DNA of 64,000 nt from an uncultured Gemmatimonadaceae bacterium (GCA_963790305.1 CAWBOC010000006.1:192001-256000); one strand, 5' to 3'; positions 42,433 through 53,916 are shown, counted from the first letter of the stretch. Program-made: numbers and translations. The notes: generated by a model not told the origin, from the sequence alone.

Positions 42433-44634
42433 CTAACGAAGGGTGAAGGCGCCGAGCACGACCAGCACGCCGAGGACGATCGCCCAGGCGTAGGTACTGA
42501 CGCTCCCGGTTTGCAGATACGAGCCCACTCGCCCGAAGAAGCCCATCAGCTTTGCACTGCCGTTCACGATCAGGCCGTCAATGAGCCACTTGTCAGTGAC
42601 GGTCCACAGGAGCCGGCGCGAGACGCCGACCACCGGCTGCACGATGGTGCGGTCGTAGGCCTCATCGACGTACCACTTGTTCGCCAGGACACGCGCAAAG
42701 CCACGCTCCGGCACGGCCTGGTCTTTTGTCACCAGTCGCGCCGGCTTGAGGCGCAGAACCGCGAAGAGAATGCCCGCGACCGCAATCGCCACCGCCGCGC
42801 CGATGAGGAGGTACTCCGTCGCATGCTCGAGGTGGACGGCCTCACCTCCCGTGACGGCGAGGCTCGGCGCGCCGACGACGGGATCGAGCCAGTGATGCAG
42901 CCACTGCGGCGGACCGAGAAAGCGCATGAGCTCTGGAATGTTCAGCCACCCGCCGATCGCGCTGAGGATGCCCAGCACCACCAACGGCAGCGTCATCACC
43001 CACGGCGCCTCGGCCAGGTGTGATCGCTCGGTCTCTCCGGTCCGGTTCGGACCGTGGAAGGTGTAGATCATCATCCGCGTCATGTAGATCGCGGTGAGCA
43101 GCGCGGTGAACAGCCCGATGGCGTAGATGGCGTACAGCAGCGCACCGCCGGGAATGCCTAACCAGCTGGCGTCGGCAAGGGTGGAGTGTCCCGCGCGCGC
43201 GAACACGCCAGCCAGAATCTCATCCTTGGAGAAGAAGCCGGAGAGCGGCGGAATGCCCGAGATCGCGAGGGTCGCGATCCACATCAGCGCAAACGTCCAC
43301 GGCAGGTAGCGTCGGAGGCCGCCCATGTTGCGCATGTCCTGGGCGTCCGCATGGGAATGCGTGGCGTGATATGCGCGGTGCATTGCGAAGATCACGGAGC
43401 CCGACCCGAGGAAGAGCAACGCCTTGAAGAAGGCGTGCGTGACGAGATGGAAAATACCAGCCGCGTACGCACCCACGCCGACCCCGACGAACATGTAGCC
43501 GAGCTGCGATACGGTCGAATACGCGAGGACACGCTTGATGTCCCACTGCTTGAGTCCGATGGTCGCGGCCAGCAGCGCCGTCAAAGCGCCCACCACCGCC
43601 ACGGTCAGGCTCGCCACGGGCGAAAGCGCGAACAGGACGGCGCTGCGCGCAATCAGGTAGACGCCGGCGGTGACCATCGTCGCCGCATGGATGAGCGCGG
43701 AGACGGGTGTCGGGCCAGCCATTGCATCCGGCAGCCAGACGTACAGGGGAATCTGCGCGCTCTTGCCCGCGCATCCGAGAAAAAAGAACAGGCAGATCGC
43801 GGTGACGATGGCCGGCGCGAGATCGCCAGCGCGCTGCGAGATGCCGACGAAATCGAGCGCCGCGATGTTCGCGTAGAGCAGGAACATCGCGACGAGAAAG
43901 CCGAAGTCCCCGATTCGATTGACGATGAAGGCCTTCTTCCCGGCGTCCGCGTTGGCCGTGTCGCTGAACCAGAACCCGATCAGGAGGTAGGAGCAGAGTC
44001 CCACTCCCTCCCAGCCGACGAACATGACGGGGTAGTTCGCGCCCAGGACGAGCACGAGCATGAAGAAGACGAACAGATTGAGATACGCGAAGAACCGGGG
44101 ATATCCGGGGTCGTCGCGCATGTACCCGATACTGAAAAGGTGGATGAGCGCCCCGACTCCCGTGATCACCAGCACCATGATCATCGACAGCTGATCCAGC
44201 TGGAACGCGGCCTCGATGCGGAAGGCGCCCACTGGCATCCAGGTGAAATAGCGCTGCACGAACGGCTGCTCGAGGTGGTTCGCGCTCGCCATCGCGCCGA
44301 ATATCGAGGCCGCGAGGCCGAACGCGGCGAAGAGCACCGCGGGGCCGATGATGCTGGCAAGGCCGGCGAACCGGTGGCGTGGTGGCGCGTGGTGCGCGGC
44401 GTCGCCAGGCGTGTGCGTGGTATCGGCGTGCACCGCCTCATGCCCGGCGGCGTGAGCGTGCGCGGACTCGGCGGCTGGATCGGCAGGCCCGCGATGGTAC
44501 GCTGACACGATCGCGAGCAGCCCGTTGAGCAGAAACCCGAGGAGCGGAAGCAGTGGGAGCAGCCACATCCAGTCGGCCACGGTCCCACTGAGAGGGTGCC
44601 CGGTCGTCGCGGCGACTTCCTGAAGGAGCATCAC
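42433..44634 (-). CDS. nuoL: NADH-quinone oxidoreductase subunit L
   Basis: [56 protein letters not shown]. Confidence 0.96.
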   Translation of the reverse strand: MMLLQEVAATTGHPLSGTVADWMWLLPLLPLLGFLLNGLLAIVSAYHRGPADPAAESAHAHAAGHEAVHADTTHTPGDAAHHAPPRHRFAGLASIIGPAVLFAAFGLAASIFGAMASANHLEQPFVQRYFTWMPVGAFRIEAAFQLDQLSMIMVLVITGVGALIHLFSIGYMRDDPGYPRFFAYLNLFVFFMLVLVLGANYPVMFVGWEGVGLCSYLLIGFWFSDTANADAGKKAFIVNRIGDFGFLVAMFLLYANIAALDFVGISQRAGDLAPAIVTAICLFFFLGCAGKSAQIPLYVWLPDAMAGPTPVSALIHAATMVTAGVYLIARSAVLFALSPVASLTVAVVGALTALLAATIGLKQWDIKRVLAYSTVSQLGYMFVGVGVGAYAAGIFHLVTHAFFKALLFLGSGSVIFAMHRAYHATHSHADAQDMRNMGGLRRYLPWTFALMWIATLAISGIPPLSGFFSKDEILAGVFARAGHSTLADASWLGIPGGALLYAIYAIGLFTALLTAIYMTRMMIYTFHGPNRTGETERSHLAEAPWVMTLPLVVLGILSAIGGWLNIPELMRFLGPPQWLHHWLDPVVGAPSLAVTGGEAVHLEHATEYLLIGAAVAIAVAGILFAVLRLKPARLVTKDQAVPERGFARVLANKWYVDEAYDRTIVQPVVGVSRRLLWTVTDKWLIDGLIVNGSAKLMGFFGRVGSYLQTGSVSTYAWAIVLGVLVVLGAFTLR

Positions 44635-44924
44635 CCGCGCATCAGGTTGATGTTGCGGAGATCGACGTTCTCGTGGTGCCGGAAGATGCTGATGATGATC
44701 GCCAGCCCGACCGCCGCCTCAGCCGCCGCGACGGTCATGACGAAGATCACGAACACCTGCCCCGCGATGCCATAGAGTCTCGACAGGGCCACGAAGGAGA
44801 GATTCACCGCGTTGAGCATGAGCTCGACGCACATGAAGATGATGATGGCGTTCCGGCGCGTGAGTACACCGATCACGCCAATGATGAAGAGAACGGCGGA
44901 GAAGAACAGCGCCTCCTGAATCAT
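44631..44924 (-). CDS. nuoK: NADH-quinone oxidoreductase subunit K
   Basis: RRN...[22 protein letters not shown]. Confidence 0.95.
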   Translation of the reverse strand: MIQEALFFSAVLFIIGVIGVLTRRNAIIIFMCVELMLNAVNLSFVALSRLYGIAGQVFVIFVMTVAAAEAAVGLAIIISIFRHHENVDLRNINLMRG

Positions 44925-45436
44925 GTCACTCTCCGCTTGGCCAGGATCACCGCCCCGACAATGGCGGCGAGGAGCAGCAGGCTGGTGATCTCGAACGCGA
45001 GCAGATACTCGCGGAAGAGGGGGGCCGCGACCTGTTCGATCACGCCCGACTCGAGCTGCTGCCGGGGAGGGACGGGCGCAGGAGCCGCATCGTCCTTCCA
45101 CAGCACGAAGACCTCGGCGAGCAGCAGCAGGCCGACGATGCCGGCGGCGAGCTTGGTCTTGCCGCCCACAACGTCGGTGACGTCGGATGCATGACCGAGG
45201 TTGAGAAGCATGACGACGAACAGGAACACCACCATGATCGCGCCGGCGTACACGAGCACCTGGATGGCCCCGATGAACTGCGCGTCCATCATCACGTAGA
45301 GGGCGGCGAGGCAAAACATCGTGTTGACGAGCCACAGCGCCGCCGCGACCGGGCTCTTGCGCGTCACGAAGGTCACCGCGGAAATGATCGCGATGACGCC
45401 GAAGAGATAGAAATGGAAGGTGTAGAAGAGACCCAT
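44921..45436 (-). CDS. nuoJ: NADH-quinone oxidoreductase subunit J
   Basis: [23 protein letters not shown]...FE..S.LLL. Confidence 0.95.
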   Translation of the reverse strand: MGLFYTFHFYLFGVIAIISAVTFVTRKSPVAAALWLVNTMFCLAALYVMMDAQFIGAIQVLVYAGAIMVVFLFVVMLLNLGHASDVTDVVGGKTKLAAGIVGLLLLAEVFVLWKDDAAPAPVPPRQQLESGVIEQVAAPLFREYLLAFEITSLLLLAAIVGAVILAKRRVT

Positions 45437-45933
45437 CACTCGCCCTTCGGATCGGCCGGGTCCCACATCTCACACACCGGATGCGTCTGTGCGGTGAGAC
45501 GCTCGAGATCATACACGAACCCGGCACGACTGTATTCGGCGTTCTCGTAATGCCGACCCACGTGAATCGCCTCTTCCGGGCACACCTCCTGGCAATAGCC
45601 GCAGAAGATGCATCGGAACTCGTCAATCTCGTAGACGAGGGGATAGCGATTCCCTTCCTCATCCTCCCCGGGAATGAGCTTGATGCAGTTGGCGGGACAG
45701 ATCTGCGGGCACAGCCCGCACGCGACGCACTTCGCCTTTCCGGTCTCGTCGGTGAGCATGCGGTGCGTGCCGCGCCACCGCCGCGAGATCGGCTCTTTCT
45801 CCTCCGGATACTGCGTGGTCACCTTGTGGGGGTTGACCAGGTGCTTGAACGTCAGCGCCATCCCCTTGAGCGTCGCGCGAACGTAGCTCACCTGTTCCGT
45901 CGGGCGGGTCACGACCTTCACGCCGATTGCCAT
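45436..45933 (-). CDS. nuoI: NADH-quinone oxidoreductase subunit I
   Basis: [30 protein letters not shown]. Confidence 0.96.
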   Translation of the reverse strand: MAIGVKVVTRPTEQVSYVRATLKGMALTFKHLVNPHKVTTQYPEEKEPISRRWRGTHRMLTDETGKAKCVACGLCPQICPANCIKLIPGEDEEGNRYPLVYEIDEFRCIFCGYCQEVCPEEAIHVGRHYENAEYSRAGFVYDLERLTAQTHPVCEMWDPADPKGE

Positions 45934-47219
45934 CAGTCACCTCCCGGCGCGGCGAGAGGTGAGCGTGACCGCATCGCCCGCAGTCTGCGGAGCTGCTCGG
46001 CCTTGACGCGCCCCGAGGCCGGGCTGATGATGCGGCCGCTATCGAGAATCACGAAGAGAACGCCAGTAAGCACGAGGTTCAGGACCCCGAGGATGAGGCC
46101 GTACAACGCTCCCGGCCGCACGCCGAGCAGATCGAGAATCAGCAGTGTGCCGGCAATGAGCACGATGTAGACGAGTGCGACGGGAAGCAGCACGCGCCAA
46201 CCGAGCGACATCAGCTGATCGTAGCGGAACCGCGGCAGCGTCCACCGGATCCACATGTAGAAGAACAGGAAGAAGAGCACCTTCACGGCGAAGAACAGTC
46301 CCGTGAGGAGCGTCTTCCCGATTGACCAGGGCGCCAGGTTGTCCCAGAGCGTGAAGGGAATGTCCCACCCACCGAAGAACAGCGTTACGAGCAGGGCGCT
46401 CGCGGTCACCATGTTCGAATACTCAGCGATGAAGAACAGCGAGAACTTCATCGCACTGTACTCGGTGTGATAGCCGGCGATGAGCTCGGATTCGGCTTCC
46501 GGAAGGTCGAACGGCAGCCGGTTCGTCTCGGCGAAGGCGGCGATCAGGAAGATGATGAAGGCAACCGTCAGGCCGAAGAAGTTCCACACTGTGGTCGCCT
46601 GCTGCCAGATGATGTCGTTGAGCGCCACGTTGCCGGCGACGAGCAGCACCGCGATCGTCGACAGCCCCATCGCGATCTCGTACGAGACCATCTGCGCGCT
46701 CGAGCGCAGCCCGCCGAGCAGCGAGTACTTGTTGTTCGAGGCCCAGCCCGCCAGCACGATCCCGTACACGCCGAGTGAGGCGATGGCGAGGATGTACAGG
46801 AACCCGATCGGCAGCGGTGCCACGACCATCTCGATCAATCCCTTGCTCGTCGGCAATGGCGAGGCGAAAGGAATGACCGCGAACGTCAGCATTGCCGGGA
46901 TGAAAGCGAGTGCCGGCGCCATGATGAAGAGTGGCTTGTACGCCGCGTCGGGGTAGGTCTCCTCCTTCATGATGTTCTTCACACCATCGGCGGCGGGCTG
47001 CAGGAGCCCATGCCACCCGACGCGATTCGGTCCGTGCCGGTCCTGAATCCACGCCGAGACCTTTCGCTCGGCGAGCGTGAGCAGTGCGACACCGACCATG
47101 AGCACGGTGAAGACGATGATCATCTTGATGACCGTCGCGATCACGAACACCAATGTGGAGGTCGGTGGCGCCTGAGGATCCGCCACCTGCAGCAGGGCCA
47201 GCGCGAGCGACCAGCTCAT
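45933..47219 (-). CDS. nuoH: NADH-quinone oxidoreductase subunit H (extended C-terminus)
   Basis: ERK..AWIQDR.GPNRVG, GLLQ..ADG.K, SYE, AETNR.PFDLPEAESEL, PRFRYDQLM. Confidence 0.96.
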   Translation of the reverse strand: MSWSLALALLQVADPQAPPTSTLVFVIATVIKMIIVFTVLMVGVALLTLAERKVSAWIQDRHGPNRVGWHGLLQPAADGVKNIMKEETYPDAAYKPLFIMAPALAFIPAMLTFAVIPFASPLPTSKGLIEMVVAPLPIGFLYILAIASLGVYGIVLAGWASNNKYSLLGGLRSSAQMVSYEIAMGLSTIAVLLVAGNVALNDIIWQQATTVWNFFGLTVAFIIFLIAAFAETNRLPFDLPEAESELIAGYHTEYSAMKFSLFFIAEYSNMVTASALLVTLFFGGWDIPFTLWDNLAPWSIGKTLLTGLFFAVKVLFFLFFYMWIRWTLPRFRYDQLMSLGWRVLLPVALVYIVLIAGTLLILDLLGVRPGALYGLILGVLNLVLTGVLFVILDSGRIISPASGRVKAEQLRRLRAMRSRSPLAAPGGD

Positions 47220-48775
47220 CGGGCACCCGCGGGCGTCAGCACCGGCAGGCCGCGCAATCCGAGCGAGTCGTACGACATGCCGCCGAACTCGCTGCGCCCG
47301 GCAGCTAGCGCGGCGAACACATCGCTGGCCAGGAAGTAGTTGCCCGGCTCGCCCATCTTCGCGAGCAGATCGCCAAGCACCCACCAGCTCGGCCGTGCCA
47401 TTCCCGGCGCGGCGCGCGCCTGCAGGAATCGCTGGACTCGTCCGCGGAGGTTGGTGAAGGTGCCTTCCTCTTCCACCATGTTGGCAATTGGGAGCACCGC
47501 GTCCGCCGTTCGCAGGACTTCGGGAAGGGCGGTTCCAATGACCACGACCGCCGCCGCGCGCCCGAGATCACCCATGGCGAGCACCGAGGGGTCGGCATCG
47601 ACGAACAGGAGGGCATCTCCACCGCGGAGCCCGGCCAGCGGGGAGTCCGACCGGCGGAAGCCGAGCAGCTCGGCGCCCTGGACGTTCGCCGCGCGATCGG
47701 CGCGAAGTGCGAGATCCTCGACGCCGACGAGCGGAGCCTCGGGACCGCGCTCGACCCGGAACGCTCCGGTTCCGTCCACCCGACCGAGAATGCGGGAGAC
47801 GAGAAACAGTGCCTCGTTCGACAGCGAAGGCGAGACGACGGCATGAATGCGCTTACCGGCCAGTGCCTTCGCGGCGGCAGCGATGGCGAGATCCCACTCG
47901 GCCGCCGCCAGGCGATCGCCATGCCTCACGAGCGGTGCCTCGAGGCGGTCCGTGCGATTCATCCAGCGATAGTTCAGCCGGCCGTAGTCGCACATGAAGT
48001 ACTTGTTCACATCCTCGTTGGACCGAGGACGCAGCCGCACGACCATGTTGTCGCGCGTCTCGACCATCATGTTGCAACCCTGCGTGCAATTGGGGCACAC
48101 CGATGCCGCGCGATCCAGCTCCCACGCGCGCGCCTTGTTCAGGAAATCCTTCGAGAGCAGGGCTCCCACCGGGCACAGGTCGACCACGTTGCCCGACCAG
48201 GGGTGTGTAAGATCCTGGCCCTCGAACTTCCCGATGACGGCGCGGTCGCCGCGCTCGCTCACATTGAGCACTGGATCCTGCGCGACGTCGTCCATGAAGC
48301 GGACACACCGAGTGCACAGGATGCATCGGTTGGTTACATACAGGACATCGCCGCCGAAGTCCTCGACGGGATTGAAGCGCTTCGGCTCGACGAGCCGACC
48401 TTCCGAACGGCCTTCCGCGAAGGTGTAATCCTGCAGCTCGCACTCCCCTGCCTGATCGCAGATCGGGCAGTCGAGCGGATGATTGATCAGCAGGAATTCG
48501 AGAACGCCCTTGCGCGCTTCGAGCGCCTTGTCGGAGTGGACGTGCACGACCTGCCCTTCCGCAACGGCGGTCGCGCACGCGGGCGCAAGCTTCGGCGCCT
48601 TCTCGACTTCGACGAGACACATCCGGCACACGCCGGCGACGGGCAGGCCGGGGTGGTAGCAGTAGTGCGGAACCAGGACCCCGGCAGCCTTCGCCGCCTC
48701 GAGGATCGACGTTCCCTCCGCCACCTGCACCTGACGACCTTCAATCGTCAGCGTGATCATCTTGGCTTCACTCAT
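47216..48775 (-). CDS. nuoG: NADH-quinone oxidoreductase subunit G, short form (~519 aa)
   Basis: PHYCYH, CRMCLVE, NHPLDCPICDQAGEC.LQ, CILCTRCVRF, D.CPVGAL, CPNCTQGC...CDYG. Confidence 0.92.
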   Translation of the reverse strand: MSEAKMITLTIEGRQVQVAEGTSILEAAKAAGVLVPHYCYHPGLPVAGVCRMCLVEVEKAPKLAPACATAVAEGQVVHVHSDKALEARKGVLEFLLINHPLDCPICDQAGECELQDYTFAEGRSEGRLVEPKRFNPVEDFGGDVLYVTNRCILCTRCVRFMDDVAQDPVLNVSERGDRAVIGKFEGQDLTHPWSGNVVDLCPVGALLSKDFLNKARAWELDRAASVCPNCTQGCNMMVETRDNMVVRLRPRSNEDVNKYFMCDYGRLNYRWMNRTDRLEAPLVRHGDRLAAAEWDLAIAAAAKALAGKRIHAVVSPSLSNEALFLVSRILGRVDGTGAFRVERGPEAPLVGVEDLALRADRAANVQGAELLGFRRSDSPLAGLRGGDALLFVDADPSVLAMGDLGRAAAVVVIGTALPEVLRTADAVLPIANMVEEEGTFTNLRGRVQRFLQARAAPGMARPSWWVLGDLLAKMGEPGNYFLASDVFAALAAGRSEFGGMSYDSLGLRGLPVLTPAGAR

Positions 48776-50088
48776 CAGGCCGCCGCGGCGCTGCGCATGG
48801 GACAACGCTTGCCGTTAATGTGCGCCTCGAACTCATGGCGGAACTTCTGAATGCCGGAGACCACCGGCGCCGCGCAGGAATCGCTAAGAACGCAGATCGT
48901 TTTTCCCGTCATGTTCTCGGACAGCTCGAGCAGTGTATCGAGATCTCCCGTCGTCCCTGCCCCATTCTCGATGCGCTCGAGAATCTTCGTGACCCAAGCC
49001 GTTCCTTCCCGGCATTGCGTGCACTGCGCGCAGCTTTCGTGCGCATAGAAGCGGGCGAAGCGGCCGATCATGCGCACCATGCACACGGAGTCGTCGAAGA
49101 CGATCACGCCGCCGGATCCCAGCATGGACCCATTGGCGACGAAGCCTTCGTAATCCATCACCGTCGCGTCGGCTTCCTGCATCGTCTGAATGGGGACCGA
49201 CGATCCGCCCGGGATCACCGCCTTGAGCGTATGACCGGGTCGGGCGCCGCCGCACATGTCGTGCAGAAAGTCGCGAAAGGGAAAGCCCATCGTCACTTCG
49301 TAGTTACCCGGTCGAGCAATGTTGCCGCACACCGAGAATAGCTTGGTGCCGGTACTCTTCGCGTTCGACAGCGACATGCCCTTGTACCAGTCGGCGCCGT
49401 TGGCGAGGATGTGCGGCACGGCCGCGAGCGTCTCGACGTTGTTGATCGTCGTCGGCTGACCGAAGAGGCCCGCGACCGCCGGGAACGGCGGCTTGATCCT
49501 CGGGTTGCCGCGGCGCCCCTCGATCGAGTTCATCATGGCGGTCTCTTCACCGCAGATGTACGCGCCGGCGCCCTTGTGGATATGGATGTCGACGCGCTTC
49601 CCCGTCCCCATCGCGTTCTTTCCGAGAATGCCATCGCGATAGGCTTCATCGAGCGCAGCACCGACGGTCTGTAACGGCTCCGTGAACTCGCCGCGGATGT
49701 AGATGTAGCAGGTCTCGGCGCCGATCGCGTACGACGCGATCGCACACCCTTCGATGAGCGCGTGAGGCGTCCATCGCATGATCTCGCGATCCTTGAACGT
49801 CCCCGGCTCTGATTCGTCGGCGTTGCAGCAGAGATAGTGCGGCTTGCCGTCGCCAGGCTTCATGAACGACCACTTGAGGCCCGTCGGGAATCCCGCGCCG
49901 CCGCGGCCGCGCAGGCCGGAGTCCTTTACGACACTCACGATGTCCGCCGGCGCCATGCCGAGCGCCTGCTCGAGGGCGCGATACCCGCCGCGCGCTCGCC
50001 ATCCAGAGAGTGTACGGGCCTCGGAATCGCCGAAGTGCGTCGAGAGCACCAGCGTTTCCCTCGAATGGCTCTTGTGCGGGAATCCCAT
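48775..50088 (-). CDS. nuoF: NADH-quinone oxidoreductase subunit F
   Basis: GLRGRGGAGFPTG.KW, NADESEPGTFKDR, GAYICGEET, ESCAQCTQCREG. Confidence 0.96.
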   Translation of the reverse strand: MGFPHKSHSRETLVLSTHFGDSEARTLSGWRARGGYRALEQALGMAPADIVSVVKDSGLRGRGGAGFPTGLKWSFMKPGDGKPHYLCCNADESEPGTFKDREIMRWTPHALIEGCAIASYAIGAETCYIYIRGEFTEPLQTVGAALDEAYRDGILGKNAMGTGKRVDIHIHKGAGAYICGEETAMMNSIEGRRGNPRIKPPFPAVAGLFGQPTTINNVETLAAVPHILANGADWYKGMSLSNAKSTGTKLFSVCGNIARPGNYEVTMGFPFRDFLHDMCGGARPGHTLKAVIPGGSSVPIQTMQEADATVMDYEGFVANGSMLGSGGVIVFDDSVCMVRMIGRFARFYAHESCAQCTQCREGTAWVTKILERIENGAGTTGDLDTLLELSENMTGKTICVLSDSCAAPVVSGIQKFRHEFEAHINGKRCPMRSAAAA

Positions 50089-50649
50089 TACTCCAGCTTG
50101 CTGAGGATGTCGGGAACGCGATCGGGCGTCACCGATTCGTGGAATTCTTCATTGACCATGACCGGCGTCGCGAAGCCGCAGGCCCCAAGGCATTCCACCT
50201 CGATCACGGTGAACTTGCCGTCCGGCGACGTGACCCCCAGCTCGCGAGTTCCCGTATGCTCGAGAAATGCGCGCACGACATCTTCGGCGCCACAGGCACC
50301 GCACGGGGACGTCGTGCACACCTGCACGAAGTATCGGCCCACCGGGTGCTGGTGGTACATGGTGTAGAACGTTACGACGCCTTTCACATAGGCCGGGGTG
50401 AGCTCGAGCATCTGCGCGACCTCGGTCATCGCTCCTTCACTGACCCACCCGCGCTCGCGCTGCACGATCCACAGCGCGGGAAGGAGCACAGCCATTTTCG
50501 TCGGATAGCGCGTGAGCAGCGCATCGAGCTCGGCGCGCGCGGCTCCGGTGAAGACGGGATGGTATTCCTGCGCCATGCCCGTGGCCGCGATCACCATGCG
50601 CCGCGTGACCCGGCGAGGCGTGCGCTGCGCCAGTCTCGGCGGGCGTCAC
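50088..50649 (-). CDS. nuoE: NADH-quinone oxidoreductase subunit E (probable +1 frameshift near 50570; alternative start 50597 or 50576)
   Basis: TFYTM, VCTTSPC, ECLGAC..A.PV; a GTG overlapping the nuoD stop opens a His-rich N-terminus one frame off. Confidence 0.9.
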
Positions 50650-51960
50650 CGGTCGATCTCTCCCATCACGATGTCGATGCTCGCGTTGATCGCGATCACG
50701 TCGGACAGCAGGTGTCCCTCGACCATCTTCGGAATCGCGGAGAGATTCACGAATGATGGCGGTCGAATTCGCCAGCGCACCGGCTTCGACGTCCCATCGG
50801 ACACCATGTAGTACCCCTTCTCTCCCTTCGGGCTCTCGACCGCCACGTACGACTCACCCACGGGAGGACGCGGACCTTCCATCACCTGCTTGAAATGATG
50901 GATCATCGACTCCATGTCGCTCATTGCCTTGGACTTCGGCGGAAGCACGACGCGATGGTCGTCGATGTTGACCGGACCCTCAGGCAGACGCTCGGCCGCC
51001 TGCTGGAGGATGCGTACCGATTGCCGCAGCTCCTCCATGCGGACGAGGAAGCGATCGTACACGTCGCCATGGGTGCCGATGGGCACATCGAAGTCGTAGG
51101 TCTCGTAGTCGAGATACGGGAAGTCCTTTCGCACGTCGTAGTCGACGCCCGACGCGCGTAGCATTGGGCCCGGACAGACCATAATTGGTGGCTTCCGCGG
51201 CCGTCATGGCGCCAAGGCCGACGGTGCGGCCAACCCAGATCGCGTTTTTCGTGAGCATGCGATCGACTTCGTCGATCGTCTTCGGGAAGTTGGCGATGAA
51301 CGCCCGGAGTGCATCCATCCACCCGTCGGGAATATCCGCCGCCATGCCGCCGACGCGCGTGGCCGACGTCGTCAGGCGTGCGCCGACCCACGACTCGAGG
51401 AGCTTGTAGACGTTCTCCCGCTCCTGGAACGACCACAGGAAGGGCGTGAAGGCGCCGATGTCGATGCAGGTCGTGCCTAACCACACCAGGTGCGAGATGA
51501 TGCGCGAGAGCTCGGCGGCGATGACCCGGAGGACGGTGCAGCGCTCGGTGATCTCGATGCCGAAGAGACGCTCCGCCCCGAGGGCGAAGGCAACGTTGTT
51601 TCCAATCGAGTTGAGGTAGTCTTCGCGGTCTGTCCAGGGAATGATCTGATTGTACTGCCGATACTCCCCGATCTTCTCGAAGCCGCAGTGGAGATACCCG
51701 ATGTGTGGGATGCAGCGCACGACCGTCTCGCCATCGAGCTCGAGCACGAGGCGGAGGACGCCGTGCGTCGCCGGGTGTTGAGGGCCGATGTTGATCAGCA
51801 TATGCTCGCCGCCGAGCTCCGGCTCCAGCATCGGCGGCTCTTCCAGCGCAATCGCCGACCCGCTGGCATCCGTCACCAACGGCGTGCGCACGGGACGTCC
51901 GTGCTCATCGAGTCCGGTTGTGGCCAGCGCCACGTCGACCGTTCGCCTGGTGGTCGCCAT
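50646..51960 (-). CDS. nuoD: NADH-quinone oxidoreductase subunit D (one +1 frameshift near 51172)
   Basis: GPQHPATHGVLR, GYLHCGFEK, GP.LRASG, E.PKGE.G, D.VMGE.DR. Confidence 0.95.
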
Positions 51961-52661
51961 TATTCGCCGGTGCGCTCCCCTGCCTTCAATCGCTGCCGCA
52001 TGTCATCGGGCAGATCCTCGAATGCGTCGGCAATGGACAGCTCCTCCATGGAGTACCGCGCCTCGGGATTCGCCGCCAGCGCCTGACGAAGCTGCTCGGC
52101 GCGCGAGAATCGGCCGCGAAGCGGGAAGTCCTTTCGGAGCGGGAACCCCTCGCGATACTGCTCCCACATCAGAATGCGGCGCAGGTCGGGGTGCCCCGTG
52201 AACCGCACACCGAACATGTCGTAGCACTCCCGCTCGAGCCAATCGGCGCCGCGATACACCGGCCACACGCTCGCGACCTCGAGCGGTGTTCCCCTGGCGA
52301 GCTCCGCCTTCAGACGGAGAAAGCGGCGGCGCGGCAGCGAGCGGAGGTGCCAGACAACCTCGAGGGGGCGCTCGGGATCGCGGAACTCCACCGCGGTGAC
52401 GTCAGCGAGGTAGTCGTATTGCTGCTCGGGATCATCGTGCAGCCAGCGCACGATTTCGAGCAGACGCTCGCGCGCGACGTACACCGACGTTTCCCCCCAG
52501 ACGACGTCGACGCGACGAATCGCGTCCCCGAATCGCGCTTGCAGCGCGGCCGCCGTCGGGTTGGCCGATCCGCCTTGGCGAGGAACGTTATGCGGCGTGA
52601 CGGGCGCCGAGCCGGCGGCGCCACCGTCGCCCACGCGGGCGACAGGCGAGCTCGAAGTCAC
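51960..52661 (-). CDS. nuoC: NADH-quinone oxidoreductase subunit C
   Basis: [31 protein letters not shown]. Confidence 0.95.
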   Translation of the reverse strand: MTSSSPVARVGDGGAAGSAPVTPHNVPRQGGSANPTAAALQARFGDAIRRVDVVWGETSVYVARERLLEIVRWLHDDPEQQYDYLADVTAVEFRDPERPLEVVWHLRSLPRRRFLRLKAELARGTPLEVASVWPVYRGADWLERECYDMFGVRFTGHPDLRRILMWEQYREGFPLRKDFPLRGRFSRAEQLRQALAANPEARYSMEELSIADAFEDLPDDMRQRLKAGERTGE

Positions 52662-53278
52662 AATCCGGAGCGCGTCTGGTGAACGGAATTTCCGAACGGC
52701 TCCGACAGCTCGTCGATCGCCGCGGGTGGAATGTAGAGCCCACTCTCGGGATCCGGCTCCATCTCACGCCGGATCTTCTCATCGCCCATGTGCTCCTGCT
52801 TCACCTTCTCCTGCAACAGGAGGATCCCGTAAATCAGACCTTCCGGACGCGGCGGACATCCGGGCACGTACACGTCGACCGGAATGATCGTGTCGATGCC
52901 CTGCACCACGGCGTAGTTGTCGAACATTCCGCCCGACGAGGCGCACGCTCCCATCGAGATGCACCATTTCGGCTGCGGCATCTGTTGCCAGATGCGTCGG
53001 ATCACCGGCGCGAGCTTGAAAGGAACGCGACCCGCGCAGATGAGAACGTCGGCCTGGCGTGGCGAGAAGCTCATGCGCTCCATCCCAAAGCGCGCGAGGT
53101 CGAACTTGCTGGCGGCGGTTGCCATGAACTCGATCGCGCAGCACGCCGTGCCAAACGGCATCGGCCAGAGCGAGTTGGCGCGCGACCAATTCACGAGCGC
53201 GTCGAGCTTGGTGGTGACCCAGTTCTCGCCGCCCGTTGCTTCGACGGAGCGCGACTCGGGGCGCGGGCTCAATCCCAT
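52658..53278 (-). CDS. nuoB: NADH-quinone oxidoreductase subunit B
   Basis: [31 protein letters not shown]. Confidence 0.96.
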   Translation of the reverse strand: MGLSPRPESRSVEATGGENWVTTKLDALVNWSRANSLWPMPFGTACCAIEFMATAASKFDLARFGMERMSFSPRQADVLICAGRVPFKLAPVIRRIWQQMPQPKWCISMGACASSGGMFDNYAVVQGIDTIIPVDVYVPGCPPRPEGLIYGILLLQEKVKQEHMGDEKIRREMEPDPESGLYIPPAAIDELSEPFGNSVHQTRSGL

Positions 53279-53673
53279 TGCAGCGCTCCCTTCTTCCAGA
53301 CGTAGACGAAGCCGACGATCAGGATGGCCATGAAGACGAGCATCTCGACGAGGCCGAACATCGAAACCTGTCCGCTGGGACACACACCATTCGCGAGGGG
53401 AACCGCGCAGCTGAGGTTGCGGAAGTACGCGCCCCACGGAATGAGGAAGACGGTCTCGATGTCGAAGATGATGAACAGCATCGCGACCATATAGAACTTG
53501 ACCGAGAAGCGCTCGCGCGCTTCGCCGAGCGCCGGGATACCGGACTCGTAGGCGGATTGCTTCACCGGCGTGGGCCGGGACCGGATCGTCAGGTGCGAGA
53601 GCCCGATCATGAGAATCGCGTTGAACACGACGAATCCCATGAGCAGCAGGACCGGCAAATACGTGCGCGACAT
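53269..53673 (-). CDS. nuoA: NADH-quinone oxidoreductase subunit A
   Basis: K...[27 protein letters not shown]. Confidence 0.95.
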   Translation of the reverse strand: MSRTYLPVLLLMGFVVFNAILMIGLSHLTIRSRPTPVKQSAYESGIPALGEARERFSVKFYMVAMLFIIFDIETVFLIPWGAYFRNLSCAVPLANGVCPSGQVSMFGLVEMLVFMAILIVGFVYVWKKGALQWD

Positions 53674-53687
53674 CAGTCTCCGGACTT

Positions 53688-53703
53688 CGTGAAATTTTTC
53701 ACG
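53688..53703. promoter_or_regulatory. Putative Rex operator
   Basis: Perfect palindrome CGTGAA-ATTT-TTCACG, matching the Rex core TGTGAA-N4-TTCACA, between the promoter and RBS of nuoA. Confidence 0.65.
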
Positions 53704-53718
53704 TTCTCCAGTCGCCGA

Positions 53719-53747
53719 ATATTATTGCGACGAGAAAGGCGATGGAA
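53719..53747 (-). promoter_or_regulatory. Sigma70-type promoter of the nuo operon
   Basis: TTCCAT-N17-TAATAT. Confidence 0.5.
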
Positions 53748-53846
53748 GGGAGGCCGAATGCGGAAGGCGGAATGCGGAAATCCGTATCGCCCACACCCCC
53801 GCTGAGTCTCCCCGAAGATCGTTCCGCCTTCCGCATTCGGCCTCCC
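53748..53846. repeat. GAATGCG/GAAGGCG-heptamer inverted repeat (25 bp perfect arms) in the nuoA-dcd divergent spacer
   Basis: gggaggccgaatgcggaaggcggaa (53748-53772) / ttccgccttccgcattcggcctccc (53822-53846). Confidence 0.85.
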
Positions 53847-53916
53847 CTTCCCCTGCGCGTTATCATTTCCCCGGCGCCCCATTGTCGCGCTCGACCACCT
53901 CCTAAAGTGCCTTATC

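Noticed and set aside
26786..44505. Long plus-strand ORFs (e.g. 26786-28534, 28917-30506, 41296-43023, 43186-44505)
   Set aside because: Antisense shadows of high-GC genes; no recognisable motifs
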